DNA from: an uncultured Actinomycetes bacterium
GTDB taxonomy: Bacteria; Actinomycetota; Thermoleophilia; Gaiellales; Gaiellaceae
Length of the DNA stretch: 64,000 bases
Reading direction: 5' to 3'
Assembly (NCBI GenBank): GCA_963823385.1
Contig: CAWGLI010000002.1
Location: forward strand, 310,708 to 374,707
Positions 17,668-26,504 of the stretch are shown piece by piece. A model generated the notes under the pieces. It made no database searches. It was not told the DNA's origin and was given only the letters and a program-made list of their open reading frames with translations. Numbering within the stretch: position 1 is the first letter of the stretch; every line of letters begins with the position of its first letter. A program made the position numbers and the translations under genes.

Positions 17668-17916
17668 ATGACGACTACGCCGACCCGAGTGGCACTCGGT
17701 GTGGGGTTGAGTGCTGCGATTCTTCTCGTCTACGGGCTGTTCCGGCCCGACAGCGTTGAGTTCTCGATCGCGTTCCTGATCGCCCCGTCGATCGCATTGC
17801 TATGGAGCGTGTCTCACGACGCCCCCGCTCCGGAGCGTCGAATAGCCGTCGTCGTCACCTGGCTCGTCGCAGCAGCCAGCGCCGCGACGGTGCTCGCCAA
17901 CTGGGTTCGCGGCTAA
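17668..17916 (+). CDS. Small three-helix membrane protein
   Basis: Hydrophobic 82-aa ORF with GAGGTGG RBS-like sequence upstream. Confidence 0.6.
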   Translation: MTTTPTRVALGVGLSAAILLVYGLFRPDSVEFSIAFLIAPSIALLWSVSHDAPAPERRIAVVVTWLVAAASAATVLANWVRG

Positions 17917-17982
17917 CGCGCCCTCGTCTCGGGGCACGGACACCGCTGGTCGGCACGCTCTCAGAGGGACGTGTTCGTGTTG

Positions 17983-18005
17983 TGCGCCAGCGCTGTCTCG
18001 CCTGA
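17983..18005 (+). repeat. Possible degenerate terminal copy of the repeat (R12)
   Basis: TGCGCCAGCG left half followed by TGTCTCGCCTGA; inverted right-arm-like TCAGAGGGAC at 17961-17970. Confidence 0.4.
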
Positions 18006-18036
18006 AGCGGACGACGTGATCGCCGCACGCGTAGGG

Positions 18037-20292
18037 TCAGGCGACGGGGGCGGCTGCGAGCGTGAGTTCGACGGGCTCGGCCCCGGGCGCGACGGCGCGC
18101 GACTCCTGCGCTTGCAGTAGCGTCGTGTGCACGATCAGCTTCGCCCTGGCGAAGTTGTCGAGCTCGGTCGGCACCGGGCCGACCCGCTGCCCCAGCGCAT
18201 AGCCGGCTGCGTTTCGGCCCATCGCCCGGTAGCTCTCCAGCGTGTACAGCGGCGCCATGCCGAACAGCTCGAGGTTGTCGAGCGGCTGCAGATCGGCGCG
18301 GTGGATCACGGCCGTCCCCTTCGACTGCAGCCCGAGCGCGATCCCCGACCCGGAGAGCCGAGCACCGTCGTGGGCGATGAAGGCGACGTCGGCCGAGCGC
18401 CGAACGCGGACGAGGCGCGGCGTCGCGCCGGCCTCGGAGATGCCGTCTGCGACGGCGCGGAGCACATCCGTGTGCGCCAGCCCGTTGATCGTCTCGCCGA
18501 TCTCCGCGGCGAATGCCGGCCCCACCGCGACGACCACCTCAGCAGCGTCGCTACCGAGCCCCGCGACACCGGTCTCGCCGACACCGTCCTGTAACGGACC
18601 GTCGCTTGACTTCCCGCGCCCGAGGCTGCGGGGATCCTGCACGTGTGGGAGCGCCTGCAGGAGCTCCCAGCGCGCTCCCTCGAGCCGGTATCCCGTGCCA
18701 GGGCCGGCGTAGGCGTTGGGATCGCTGACCGCGGAGTGCACGATCCCGGTCTCGTCGATCACCGCCGACGTCTGCAGGTAGTCGGCGGCCACGCGCTGGC
18801 GCTGCATGCCGAGCACGGCCTCGGCCACGTCCGTGAAGCCTCGCCGGTCGAGCGCCACGGCGACGTCGAGACCGGTTATGCCCCGTGCCAGCAGGTCGTC
18901 GGCTGCGTCGACATCGACTGCGCGGTCCCGGTCGGGGAGGTCGGACGAGTCGTAGCCCGAGGTCGCGGCGTCGACCTCCGCGTCAGAGATCGGCGGCAGC
19001 CCGAGGTCGGCGAACACGGCCTGGATCGCGCGCGCGCCGCGCGCGCGCACGCGCTGTACCTCCTCCTCCGCCACCGGCTCGATCCCTGCGTCGACCTGCC
19101 AGTCGCGCTGGATCGTCAGCCACTCGTCGAGATCGTCGGCGTCGTAGTTGCCCCCGCCGAAGGTGTTGTCGCGGCGCGGCATCACCGAGTAGCCGGAGGT
19201 GACGAAGTCGGTTCCGGGGAGGAACTGCCCCATGAGCTTCGCCGTCTTGCGGATTGCCGAATGTGAGGCGATCGCGTCGTTCCCCGATGCCACCTCGAGG
19301 TCGAGCCAGGCGGCGAGAACGTTCTCGGCGAGGATCGCGCGCGTCCCGCCGGGGACGGCCAGCACGAGCGCCACGCATGAGATCGACCCGTTCTGGATGC
19401 CCTGGGAGCCCGCTGCGCGGACAACCGACACGCACCGCGCCTCCAGGTAGAGCATCGAGAGACCCTCGGCGGAGCCCATCAGAGCCTCCGAGCCCGTGCC
19501 GGACGTGAAGCGCACCTTCACACCGCGGGATGCGTAAGCAGCTCCGAGGAATGCTTTCGACCAGGGCGTGTCGTCACCGTCGACGAACACGGGCTCGGTG
19601 CCGTAGACCGACAGCGTCTCCGCGTACGTGACGAGACCGCGGATCGCGAGCTCGAGGTTGCGCCGCTCTTCGACGGCGCACTGCGTCATCACCCCGGGCC
19701 GGCCGGTCTGCGAGCCGACGAGGAGCGCGAGCGCGTTGAGCGGCGCGTAGCGGGCGACGCCGACCGTCGTCTCCATCTCGGCAAAGCCGCGCCGGGCGGC
19801 CTCGGCGGCATCGGCGGCGAGCAGCGCAGGGCTCTCCTTGAGGTTCGTCACGTGCGCCTGGTTGCCCGGCACGCGGCGGGCGCGCAGCTTCTTGAGCGCG
19901 AACATGAGCTCTACGGGATCGAGCAGCCCGACCACGCGCGCGAGCTTCGCTGGCGTCAGGCCGCGGGCAAGCCGCACGAGCTCTGTCCGCGGCACGTCGA
20001 CGTCGACGAGGCGCCGCGCGATCTCCTCGTCCGCAATCGCCATCGCCTCGCCGGCAATGTCGAGATCGAGCCCGTGTGCGACGAGGAAGCGATCGATCAC
20101 GTCGAAATCGGCGGCGGCGCGGCCGTCGAGGCGGGTCACGACGCCATCCTCGACCACGAGCTCCGGCTCCGGGTCGTTCGGACCGTCGGCAGCCACCAGC
20201 CCGAGCTCCGGCCACGGCGAGACGAGCGACTCGCGGCGAACATCGGTGGCCGCGCGTGAGGAGTGCCTGCCCGAGCTCATGCGACCGCTCAC
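18037..20292 (-). CDS. B12-dependent diol/glycerol dehydratase, fused large (alpha) + medium (beta) subunit
   Basis: NQAHVTN, EMETT, YAETLSVYGT, QNGSISC, ASGND and DFVTSGYS match PduC/PddA. The C-terminal ~190 aa (LSGSGIALGLQSKGTAVIH, LDNLELF) match PduD/PddB. Confidence 0.92.
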   Translation of the reverse strand: MSGRMSSGRHSSRAATDVRRESLVSPWPELGLVAADGPNDPEPELVVEDGVVTRLDGRAAADFDVIDRFLVAHGLDLDIAGEAMAIADEEIARRLVDVDVPRTELVRLARGLTPAKLARVVGLLDPVELMFALKKLRARRVPGNQAHVTNLKESPALLAADAAEAARRGFAEMETTVGVARYAPLNALALLVGSQTGRPGVMTQCAVEERRNLELAIRGLVTYAETLSVYGTEPVFVDGDDTPWSKAFLGAAYASRGVKVRFTSGTGSEALMGSAEGLSMLYLEARCVSVVRAAGSQGIQNGSISCVALVLAVPGGTRAILAENVLAAWLDLEVASGNDAIASHSAIRKTAKLMGQFLPGTDFVTSGYSVMPRRDNTFGGGNYDADDLDEWLTIQRDWQVDAGIEPVAEEEVQRVRARGARAIQAVFADLGLPPISDAEVDAATSGYDSSDLPDRDRAVDVDAADDLLARGITGLDVAVALDRRGFTDVAEAVLGMQRQRVAADYLQTSAVIDETGIVHSAVSDPNAYAGPGTGYRLEGARWELLQALPHVQDPRSLGRGKSSDGPLQDGVGETGVAGLGSDAAEVVVAVGPAFAAEIGETINGLAHTDVLRAVADGISEAGATPRLVRVRRSADVAFIAHDGARLSGSGIALGLQSKGTAVIHRADLQPLDNLELFGMAPLYTLESYRAMGRNAAGYALGQRVGPVPTELDNFARAKLIVHTTLLQAQESRAVAPGAEPVELTLAAAPVA

Positions 20293-20696
20293 GCCAGCAG
20301 ACCTCGCTCGACGTAGGTGGCGGCAGCCTCGCGGACGAACGCCGCGGTGCGTGATGCCCCGTGGTCATCGAGCCTTGCCGCCCAGCGATCGAGCTCCTCG
20401 ACCGTCGACCGACCCGGCCGCAGAGCCGTGTACACGGAGAGCAGCTCATCGGCCGGGACCCGAGTCAGCTCGGCGGCCCGCTCGAGGTTCTCGGCGAGCT
20501 GTGTCCGACCGGCAGCGCGCGCCACCTCGGCCTGCCGCGTCAGCGTCTCGGCCGTCGCCCGCAGATCGTCGCCCGCGATGAGGCCTTCCCTCGCCGCGGA
20601 CAACGTGAGCTGCTCCAGCGCCACTCCGGTCGGCGTCGTGACAAGATCCGGACGACGCGTGCCGAGCGGATAGTCACGCGTCGGATCGAAATCCAT
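20289..20696 (-). CDS. Diol/glycerol dehydratase small (gamma) subunit
   Basis: DYPLG, QAEVARAAGR, NLERAAELT and YTALRPGRST motifs. Confidence 0.9.
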   Translation of the reverse strand: MDFDPTRDYPLGTRRPDLVTTPTGVALEQLTLSAAREGLIAGDDLRATAETLTRQAEVARAAGRTQLAENLERAAELTRVPADELLSVYTALRPGRSTVEELDRWAARLDDHGASRTAAFVREAAATYVERGLLA

Positions 20697-20725
20697 CTCC
20701 GAGACTATAGGGTCTGTGCAAACGA

Positions 20726-21451
20726 ATGATCAACGATCATCGATTCTCTGACAGGGTTGCGCTGGTGTCGGGAGCCGCCAGCGGCATCGGCCGGGCGGTA
20801 GCCGAGCGCCTGCTCGCGGAGGGATGTCGGGTCGCCGGGCTCGACCTCCGCGGCGAGGCTCCCGAGGGCGTGCTGCCGGTCGCGGGCGACGTGTCCGTGT
20901 CGGCCGATGTCGACGCCGCCGTTCAGCGCGTGCAGCAGGAACTGGGAGCCGTCGACGTGCTCGTCTGCGCCGCCGGGATCCCCGGTCGTTCGCTTCGCAC
21001 CGTCGACGTGGACGACGCTGAATGGGGACGTGTGATGGCGATCAACGCCGACGGCGTCTTCTTCTGCAACCGCGCCGTGATCCCGGGCATGGTCGAGCGC
21101 GGGTACGGGCGCATCGTCAACGTCGCCTCGATCGCCGGAAAGGAGGGGAATCCGATGGCGGCGGCCTACTCGGCGTCGAAAGCTGCCGTGATCGCATTGA
21201 CCAAGGCGATCGGCAAGGACCTCGCCCGGACGGGAGTCGTCGTCAACTGCATCGCTCCGGCCGTGATCGAGACACCGATCCTCGAGGGTCTCTCCGAGGA
21301 GCACGTGGGCTACATGGTGGAGCGGATCCCGATGGGGCGCATGGGCACCGCCGAAGAGGTCGCCGCGCTCGTCGGCTGGCTCGCGAGTGAGGAGTGCTCG
21401 TTCTCGACGGGAGCGACGTACGACATCTCCGGCGGACGCGCGGTGTTCTGA
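20726..21451 (+). CDS. SDR oxidoreductase (sugar-acid dehydrogenase-like)
   Basis: SGAASGIG, ASIAGKEGNP and YSASK motifs. Confidence 0.88.
   Translation: MINDHRFSDRVALVSGAASGIGRAVAERLLAEGCRVAGLDLRGEAPEGVLPVAGDVSVSADVDAAVQRVQQELGAVDVLVCAAGIPGRSLRTVDVDDAEWGRVMAINADGVFFCNRAVIPGMVERGYGRIVNVASIAGKEGNPMAAAYSASKAAVIALTKAIGKDLARTGVVVNCIAPAVIETPILEGLSEEHVGYMVERIPMGRMGTAEEVAALVGWLASEECSFSTGATYDISGGRAVF
20734..20748 (+). promoter_or_regulatory. Putative operator (CGATCATCGATTCTC)
   Basis: Related sequences at 27281-27300 and 28024-28042, all at gene starts of the same catabolic cluster, which encodes a GntR regulator. Confidence 0.45.
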
Positions 21452-22323
21452 TGCGTCTCGTCCGCTACCGCGCCCCGGACGGGAGAGTCCACGTCGCGGT
21501 CGAAGATGCAGCGCGGTCCGACGCGGGCTCGATTCGCTTCGCGGACGCGCGCGAACACGACCCGCTCGACGTTCTCACTGACGGCTGGACGACGGCCGGT
21601 CACACCGTGGATATCGGCGGCGATCTGTCCACGATCGAGGCGGGGCACGACCTGCTGCGCCCACTCGACCCGCCGGAGATCTGGTGCGCGGGCGTCACGT
21701 ATGAACGCAGCCGCGACGCGCGCGTCGACGAGGCGACTGTTTCGGACGTGTACACGATGGTCTACGACGCAAGCCGCCCGGAGCTGTTCCTCAAGGACGC
21801 CGGCTGCCGGCGCACCGTGGGGCCCGGCGAGCCGATCGGTATCCGCACCGACTCGACCTGGAACGTGCCGGAGCCGGAGATCGGGCTCGTCATCGGCGAG
21901 CACGGAGCGATCCTCGGCTACACGGTCGGCAACGACGTCTCGTCACGCGACATCGAGGGCGCCAACCCTCTCTACCTCCCCCAGGCCAAGGTCTACGCCG
22001 GCGCCTGCGCGATCGGGCCTGCCGTCCTCGTCGCGACCGACACCGCCGAGCCCTTCGAGATCACGATGCGGATCGTGGACGACACCGGGGACGAGGCGTT
22101 CGTGGGAACGACGTCGACGGGGACCATGCGCCGCGGGTTCGAGGAGCTCGTCGAGTGGCTGCTGCGCGACAACCCGGTGCCGCCGGGTAGCGTGCTGCTC
22201 ACGGGGACCGGGCTGGTACCGCCCGACGAGTTCACGCTCCTCCCCGGGCACGTCGTCGAGATCGCCGTCCCCCGGATCGGCACGCTCGCCAACCCGGTCG
22301 TGCTCGCCTCCACGCTGTTGTAG
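21451..22323 (+). CDS. Fumarylacetoacetate hydrolase family protein (2-keto-3-deoxy-pentonate dehydratase, XylX/KdaD-like)
   Basis: EIWCAGVTYERSR, RPELFLK, WNVPEPE, GNDVSSRDIEGANPLYLPQAK. Confidence 0.85.
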   Translation: MRLVRYRAPDGRVHVAVEDAARSDAGSIRFADAREHDPLDVLTDGWTTAGHTVDIGGDLSTIEAGHDLLRPLDPPEIWCAGVTYERSRDARVDEATVSDVYTMVYDASRPELFLKDAGCRRTVGPGEPIGIRTDSTWNVPEPEIGLVIGEHGAILGYTVGNDVSSRDIEGANPLYLPQAKVYAGACAIGPAVLVATDTAEPFEITMRIVDDTGDEAFVGTTSTGTMRRGFEELVEWLLRDNPVPPGSVLLTGTGLVPPDEFTLLPGHVVEIAVPRIGTLANPVVLASTLL

Positions 22324-22344
22324 GGAACAGAAAGGAACCAGACG

Positions 22345-23808
22345 ATGACCGAGACGCTCACCGACACGCCCGCGCGCAACTACATCGGCGGGGAGTGGCG
22401 CGACAGCCTCGCCGGCGAGACGTACGAGAAGCGGAGCCCCTGGCGTCCGTCCGAGGTGACGGGTCTCTACCCGGCCTCGACCGCCGAGGACGCTCGTGCC
22501 GCAGTACAGGCAGCCCGCGACGCGTTCCCGGCCTGGGCCGGTCTGCCGGCGGGCCAACGCGCCGCAGCCTTCAACCGGACGGCGGATGCGATCGAAGCGC
22601 GCGCCGAACGCATCGCCCAGGACATGACCGCGGAGATGGGCAAGCCGCTCCGCGAGGCCCGCATGGAGGCGCTGCGCGCCGCAGCCATCCTCCGCTTCTC
22701 CGCAGGAGAGGCGTGGCGCCCGGTGGGCGAGGTCTACGAGCCCTCGGTCCCCGACCAGCGCCTCTACACGCTGCGGCGCTCGCTCGGCGTCGTCGCACTC
22801 ATCACCCCGTGGAACTTCCCTGTTGCGATACCCGTCTGGAAGCTCGCGCCCGCGCTCATCTACGGGAACACCGTCGTCCTCAAGCTGGGCTACGAGGCTC
22901 CCCGCACCGGGCTCCACATCGCCGAGTGCTTCGCCGAGGCGGAGTTGCCCGCAGGCGTGCTCAATGTCTTGACGGGCGCCGGCTCGAAGGTGGGCGCAGA
23001 GCTCGTCGCGAGCCCCGATGTGCGTGCGATCTCGTTCACCGGCTCGGTGCCGGTCGGCCACAACGTGCGGAACACCGCCACGAAGCGTGACTGCCGCGTG
23101 CAGCTCGAGCTCGGCGGTCACAACCCGTTGATCGTCGCGGCCGACGCGGAGCTCGACCGCGCGGTCGAGGGCGCCTACGCCGGCGCGTTCTGGTCGGCGG
23201 GCCAGAAGTGCACCGCCACGCGCCGCATCTTCGTACAGGAGGGTGTGTACGACGACTTCCGCGAGCGCTTCCTGGCGCGAATCGCGGCCGGCAAGGTCGG
23301 CGACCCGGCCGATCCTGCGACGGAAGTGGGACCGGTCGTCAACGAGGGCGCGATGGACGACATCCTGTCCGCGATCGAGCGCGGCCGAGAGCAGGGCGGC
23401 ACCGTGATCGCAGGCGGCGGGCGAGGCGATGTAGAGGGCTGGCTGATCGAGCCGACGGTGTTCGAGGGCGTCGGCGATGACCACTACCTCTCGTGCGAGG
23501 AGGTCTTCGGCCCGGTCACGACCCTCTACCCGTACGGGTCGCTCGACGAGGCGATCGAGCGCGCGAACGACGTACCGTTCGGTCTCTCGGCCTCCATCTA
23601 CACGCGCGACCTCCGCGTCGCGCAGCGCTTCTCGCAGGAGCTGCAGGCGGGCATTCTGCACGTCAACTCCCAAACGGCGGGCGCCGACGTCCACGTACCG
23701 TTCGGCGGGGTCAAGCACTCCGGGTGGGGCCCGCACGAGCAGGGCCGCGCAGCCATCGAGTTCTACACCGAGACGGTCACCGTGTACCAGGACGCTCCAC
23801 TCGCGTAG
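22345..23808 (+). CDS. Aldehyde dehydrogenase (alpha-ketoglutaric semialdehyde dehydrogenase-like)
   Basis: ITPWNFP, SFTGS, LELGG, GQKCTA and EEVFGP motifs. Confidence 0.9.
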   Translation: MTETLTDTPARNYIGGEWRDSLAGETYEKRSPWRPSEVTGLYPASTAEDARAAVQAARDAFPAWAGLPAGQRAAAFNRTADAIEARAERIAQDMTAEMGKPLREARMEALRAAAILRFSAGEAWRPVGEVYEPSVPDQRLYTLRRSLGVVALITPWNFPVAIPVWKLAPALIYGNTVVLKLGYEAPRTGLHIAECFAEAELPAGVLNVLTGAGSKVGAELVASPDVRAISFTGSVPVGHNVRNTATKRDCRVQLELGGHNPLIVAADAELDRAVEGAYAGAFWSAGQKCTATRRIFVQEGVYDDFRERFLARIAAGKVGDPADPATEVGPVVNEGAMDDILSAIERGREQGGTVIAGGGRGDVEGWLIEPTVFEGVGDDHYLSCEEVFGPVTTLYPYGSLDEAIERANDVPFGLSASIYTRDLRVAQRFSQELQAGILHVNSQTAGADVHVPFGGVKHSGWGPHEQGRAAIEFYTETVTVYQDAPLA

Positions 23809-23818
23809 CGTCTTGGGC

Positions 23819-24754
23819 ATGTCGGAGCACGTTCTCGTCACCGGCGCGCTCGGCTGTCTCGGTGCCTGGGTGGCACGAGCGCTGCTCGACGCCGGGCACG
23901 ACGTCGTCGGCTACGACCTCGGTGACGACACGTCGCGGCTTCGCCACGTCCTCGGCGAAGCCGACGCCGCGCGAGTCACGCTCGTCCGTGGCGACGTCAC
24001 CGACCTCGACGCCCTCGGTCGCGCGCTCGACGAGCACGAGGCGTCACGCGTGATCCATCTCGCCGCCCTCCAGGTGCCGTTCGTACGGGCCGACCCGACG
24101 CTCGGGATGCGCGTCAACGTGACGGGCACGGTCGCGGTGTTCGAGGCCGTCCGCCGACGGCTCGATCGGATCCCGGGAGCCGTGTATGCGAGCTCGGCGG
24201 CCGTGTACAACGCGAGCGACCCGTCGCCTGCGCCCGAGACGGGCGGCATCGCACCGGCGACGCTGTACGGCGTGTCGAAGCTGGCCGACGAGGGCATGGC
24301 TCGTGTCTACCGGGCCGATCACGGCGTCGGCTCGGTCGGGCTGCGCCCGTACGTCGTCTACGGGCCGGCCCGCGATCAGGGGATGACGGCCGGTCCGTCA
24401 CTCGCCGTCGCAGCCGCCGTGCGCGGCGAGCCCTTCGAGATCGGCTTCTCCGGAACGGCGCAGTACGACTACGCACCGGATGTCGGGCGCGCCTTTGCGC
24501 TCGCCGCCGGCGCAGTCGCCGGACGGACTGCCGTCTACAACTTCCCGGGGGTCGTCGCGCCGATGGAGGACGTCGTCACCGCCATCCAGGCGGCGGTCCC
24601 CGGTGCCGACGTGTCGTGGAGCGGTGATCCACTGCCGTTCCCGCCGGCCCTGGAGGCGGCCGCGTTCGAGCGGGACGTGGCGCCGCTGCCCCGCACCACG
24701 CTCACAGACGGGATCGCGGCGACGGCGGCCCACATCCGGACGGCAGCCCGCTGA
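23819..24754 (+). CDS. NAD-dependent epimerase/dehydratase family protein
   Basis: VTGALGCLG and YGVSK motifs. Confidence 0.88.
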   Translation: MSEHVLVTGALGCLGAWVARALLDAGHDVVGYDLGDDTSRLRHVLGEADAARVTLVRGDVTDLDALGRALDEHEASRVIHLAALQVPFVRADPTLGMRVNVTGTVAVFEAVRRRLDRIPGAVYASSAAVYNASDPSPAPETGGIAPATLYGVSKLADEGMARVYRADHGVGSVGLRPYVVYGPARDQGMTAGPSLAVAAAVRGEPFEIGFSGTAQYDYAPDVGRAFALAAGAVAGRTAVYNFPGVVAPMEDVVTAIQAAVPGADVSWSGDPLPFPPALEAAAFERDVAPLPRTTLTDGIAATAAHIRTAAR

Positions 24755-24761
24755 GCCCGGC

Positions 24762-25928
24762 TCACGCTTCGCTCGGGGTGACGTCGGGCCGTCGCGGAAG
24801 CGCCGCCACGGCGACGACGAGCCCGCCGAGGAGGCCGACGACGACCCAGAGGACGGCGTCGAAGGACCCGGTCGCGTCGCGGACGGCGCCGAGCACGAAC
24901 GGTGCCGTCGCGGCCACCGTGTACCCCACCCCCAGCATCATCCCGACGAGAGCGCCCACGCGGTCGGAGCGGCCCTCGAGGTCGAGCGGAAGCGTCATCA
25001 CGAGTGCGAACATCCCGCCCTGCGCGACCCCGGCGAGCAACGCCCACGCGTAGGCGCCGCCGGGCAGCGCCACGAGCCCGACGGCGCCCGTGACGAACAC
25101 GATGCTCATCGCGATCAGATAGGGACGTCGACCTCCTCGCCGATCGGAGAGCCACGGCACCACGAAGGAGGCGGGGATCGCCGTCAGGTTCATCATCGCG
25201 AGCAGCGCGCCTGCGGCGCCCGCGCTCCATCCGTGCTCCTGGTAGGCGTCGGGAAGCCATGCATTCAGTCCGTAGTACGACATCCCCATCAGCGAGAAGA
25301 CTGCCGCCAGCTTCCAGCCGGTCGGGCTTCGCCACGGCAGTCGTGGTGCCGGCGAGACCGGGCGAACGTGCGTCGGGCCGCCACGCGTGAGCAGCAGCCA
25401 CGCGACGGCGACGACACCGGCGGCGACCGAGAAGACAGCGAGTGCGGCACGCCAGCCGCCGAACGCGCCGGCGAGTGGAATGGCGACGGCGGCCGCCACC
25501 GTCGACCCGATCTGGATCCCGGTCGTGTACACGCCGGTCGCAGTGGCGGGCCGCCCGGGCAGCCGCTCTCTGACGACGAGCGACGGCAGAGCGTTGCCCA
25601 GCCCCATGCCGATACCCACGGGGATCGTGAGCAGCACGACCAGCAATGCGCCGGGAGCGCCGGCGCGGAGCAACCCTGCCACCGCCAGCAGGCCGAGCGC
25701 GAACGCCACCGCGGAGCGCGCCCCCACGCGCCGAGCGAGCCGGGCCGCAGAGGGCGCGAACAACCCCATGCAGAGAACGGGGATCGTCGCGAGCAGGCCC
25801 ACGACGGCGTGCGACGTCCCGAGATCGTCCTGGATCTCCGGGAGGAGCGGGCCGACGCCGACGATCTGTGGACGCAGCGCAAGCGCACCGAGAAAGAGCC
25901 CCGCCAGCAGCGCACCATTGCCCCGCAT
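24762..25928 (-). CDS. MFS transporter, CynX/NimT-like
   Basis: LRPQIVGVGPLL... with about 12 hydrophobic helices. Confidence 0.85.
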   Translation of the reverse strand: MRGNGALLAGLFLGALALRPQIVGVGPLLPEIQDDLGTSHAVVGLLATIPVLCMGLFAPSAARLARRVGARSAVAFALGLLAVAGLLRAGAPGALLVVLLTIPVGIGMGLGNALPSLVVRERLPGRPATATGVYTTGIQIGSTVAAAVAIPLAGAFGGWRAALAVFSVAAGVVAVAWLLLTRGGPTHVRPVSPAPRLPWRSPTGWKLAAVFSLMGMSYYGLNAWLPDAYQEHGWSAGAAGALLAMMNLTAIPASFVVPWLSDRRGGRRPYLIAMSIVFVTGAVGLVALPGGAYAWALLAGVAQGGMFALVMTLPLDLEGRSDRVGALVGMMLGVGYTVAATAPFVLGAVRDATGSFDAVLWVVVGLLGGLVVAVAALPRRPDVTPSEA

Positions 25929-26467
25929 CAGGAGAGGAGACGCGACTCGACCGCCGCGAGCATCGGCGCAGCGAGCGAACGAGCGCTCTCGATACGTATC
26001 CGATCTGCCATCCAGCGGAACTGCTCCTTCGCGCGCTCCGGAGTGCAGCGGCCCTCGTGCACCCACTGCAGGAACAGGTCGACGTTCACCTCCAGGAACG
26101 AGAGGGAGTCTGCCGCTTGGACGAGATCGGCCTCGGGCGTCCCGCCCCACTCGTGCAGGAGCACGAGCCCGACGACGTCGGAGACGAGCGGGTCGGCAGC
26201 GCCGTGCGTGGCCAGCCAGTCGGCCACGATCGCGGCCGAGCGTCGCGCGTGCGCGTCTCGGTAGACGCGGTCGTCGGGCGCCCCCTCGGGACTCCACTGC
26301 GGGCCGCCGGGGAACGCTCGCTCGCAGTCGTGCGTGAGCGCGGCGAGCCGGGCGGCCTCGGAGGAGCGCCCGTCGAGCCGAAGCAGCCAATCGCGAGCCC
26401 GGAGGAGGTGCTCGGCATTCGCAAACGGCGCCACCCAGCGCTCGGCCTGCTCTTCGAGACCGTTCAG
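25928..26467 (-). CDS. HD-like/DUF4202-type hypothetical protein (start uncertain)
   Basis: LAALTHDCERAF, HARRSA and ADSLSFL motifs. No in-frame ATG/GTG at the expected N-terminus; CTG at 26467 assumed. Confidence 0.6.
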   Translation of the reverse strand: MNGLEEQAERWVAPFANAEHLLRARDWLLRLDGRSSEAARLAALTHDCERAFPGGPQWSPEGAPDDRVYRDAHARRSAAIVADWLATHGAADPLVSDVVGLVLLHEWGGTPEADLVQAADSLSFLEVNVDLFLQWVHEGRCTPERAKEQFRWMADRIRIESARSLAAPMLAAVESRLLS

Positions 26468-26504
26468 ACCCGCCTCGTGCGCAGGACTACCCGCTCGACC
26501 GTGG

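Noticed and set aside
21943-23841. Long antisense ORFs (e.g. 21943..23841, 31378..33579, 37597..39147, 52711..53976)
   Set aside because: They are shadows of well-supported genes on the opposite strand in high-GC DNA, with no family motifs.
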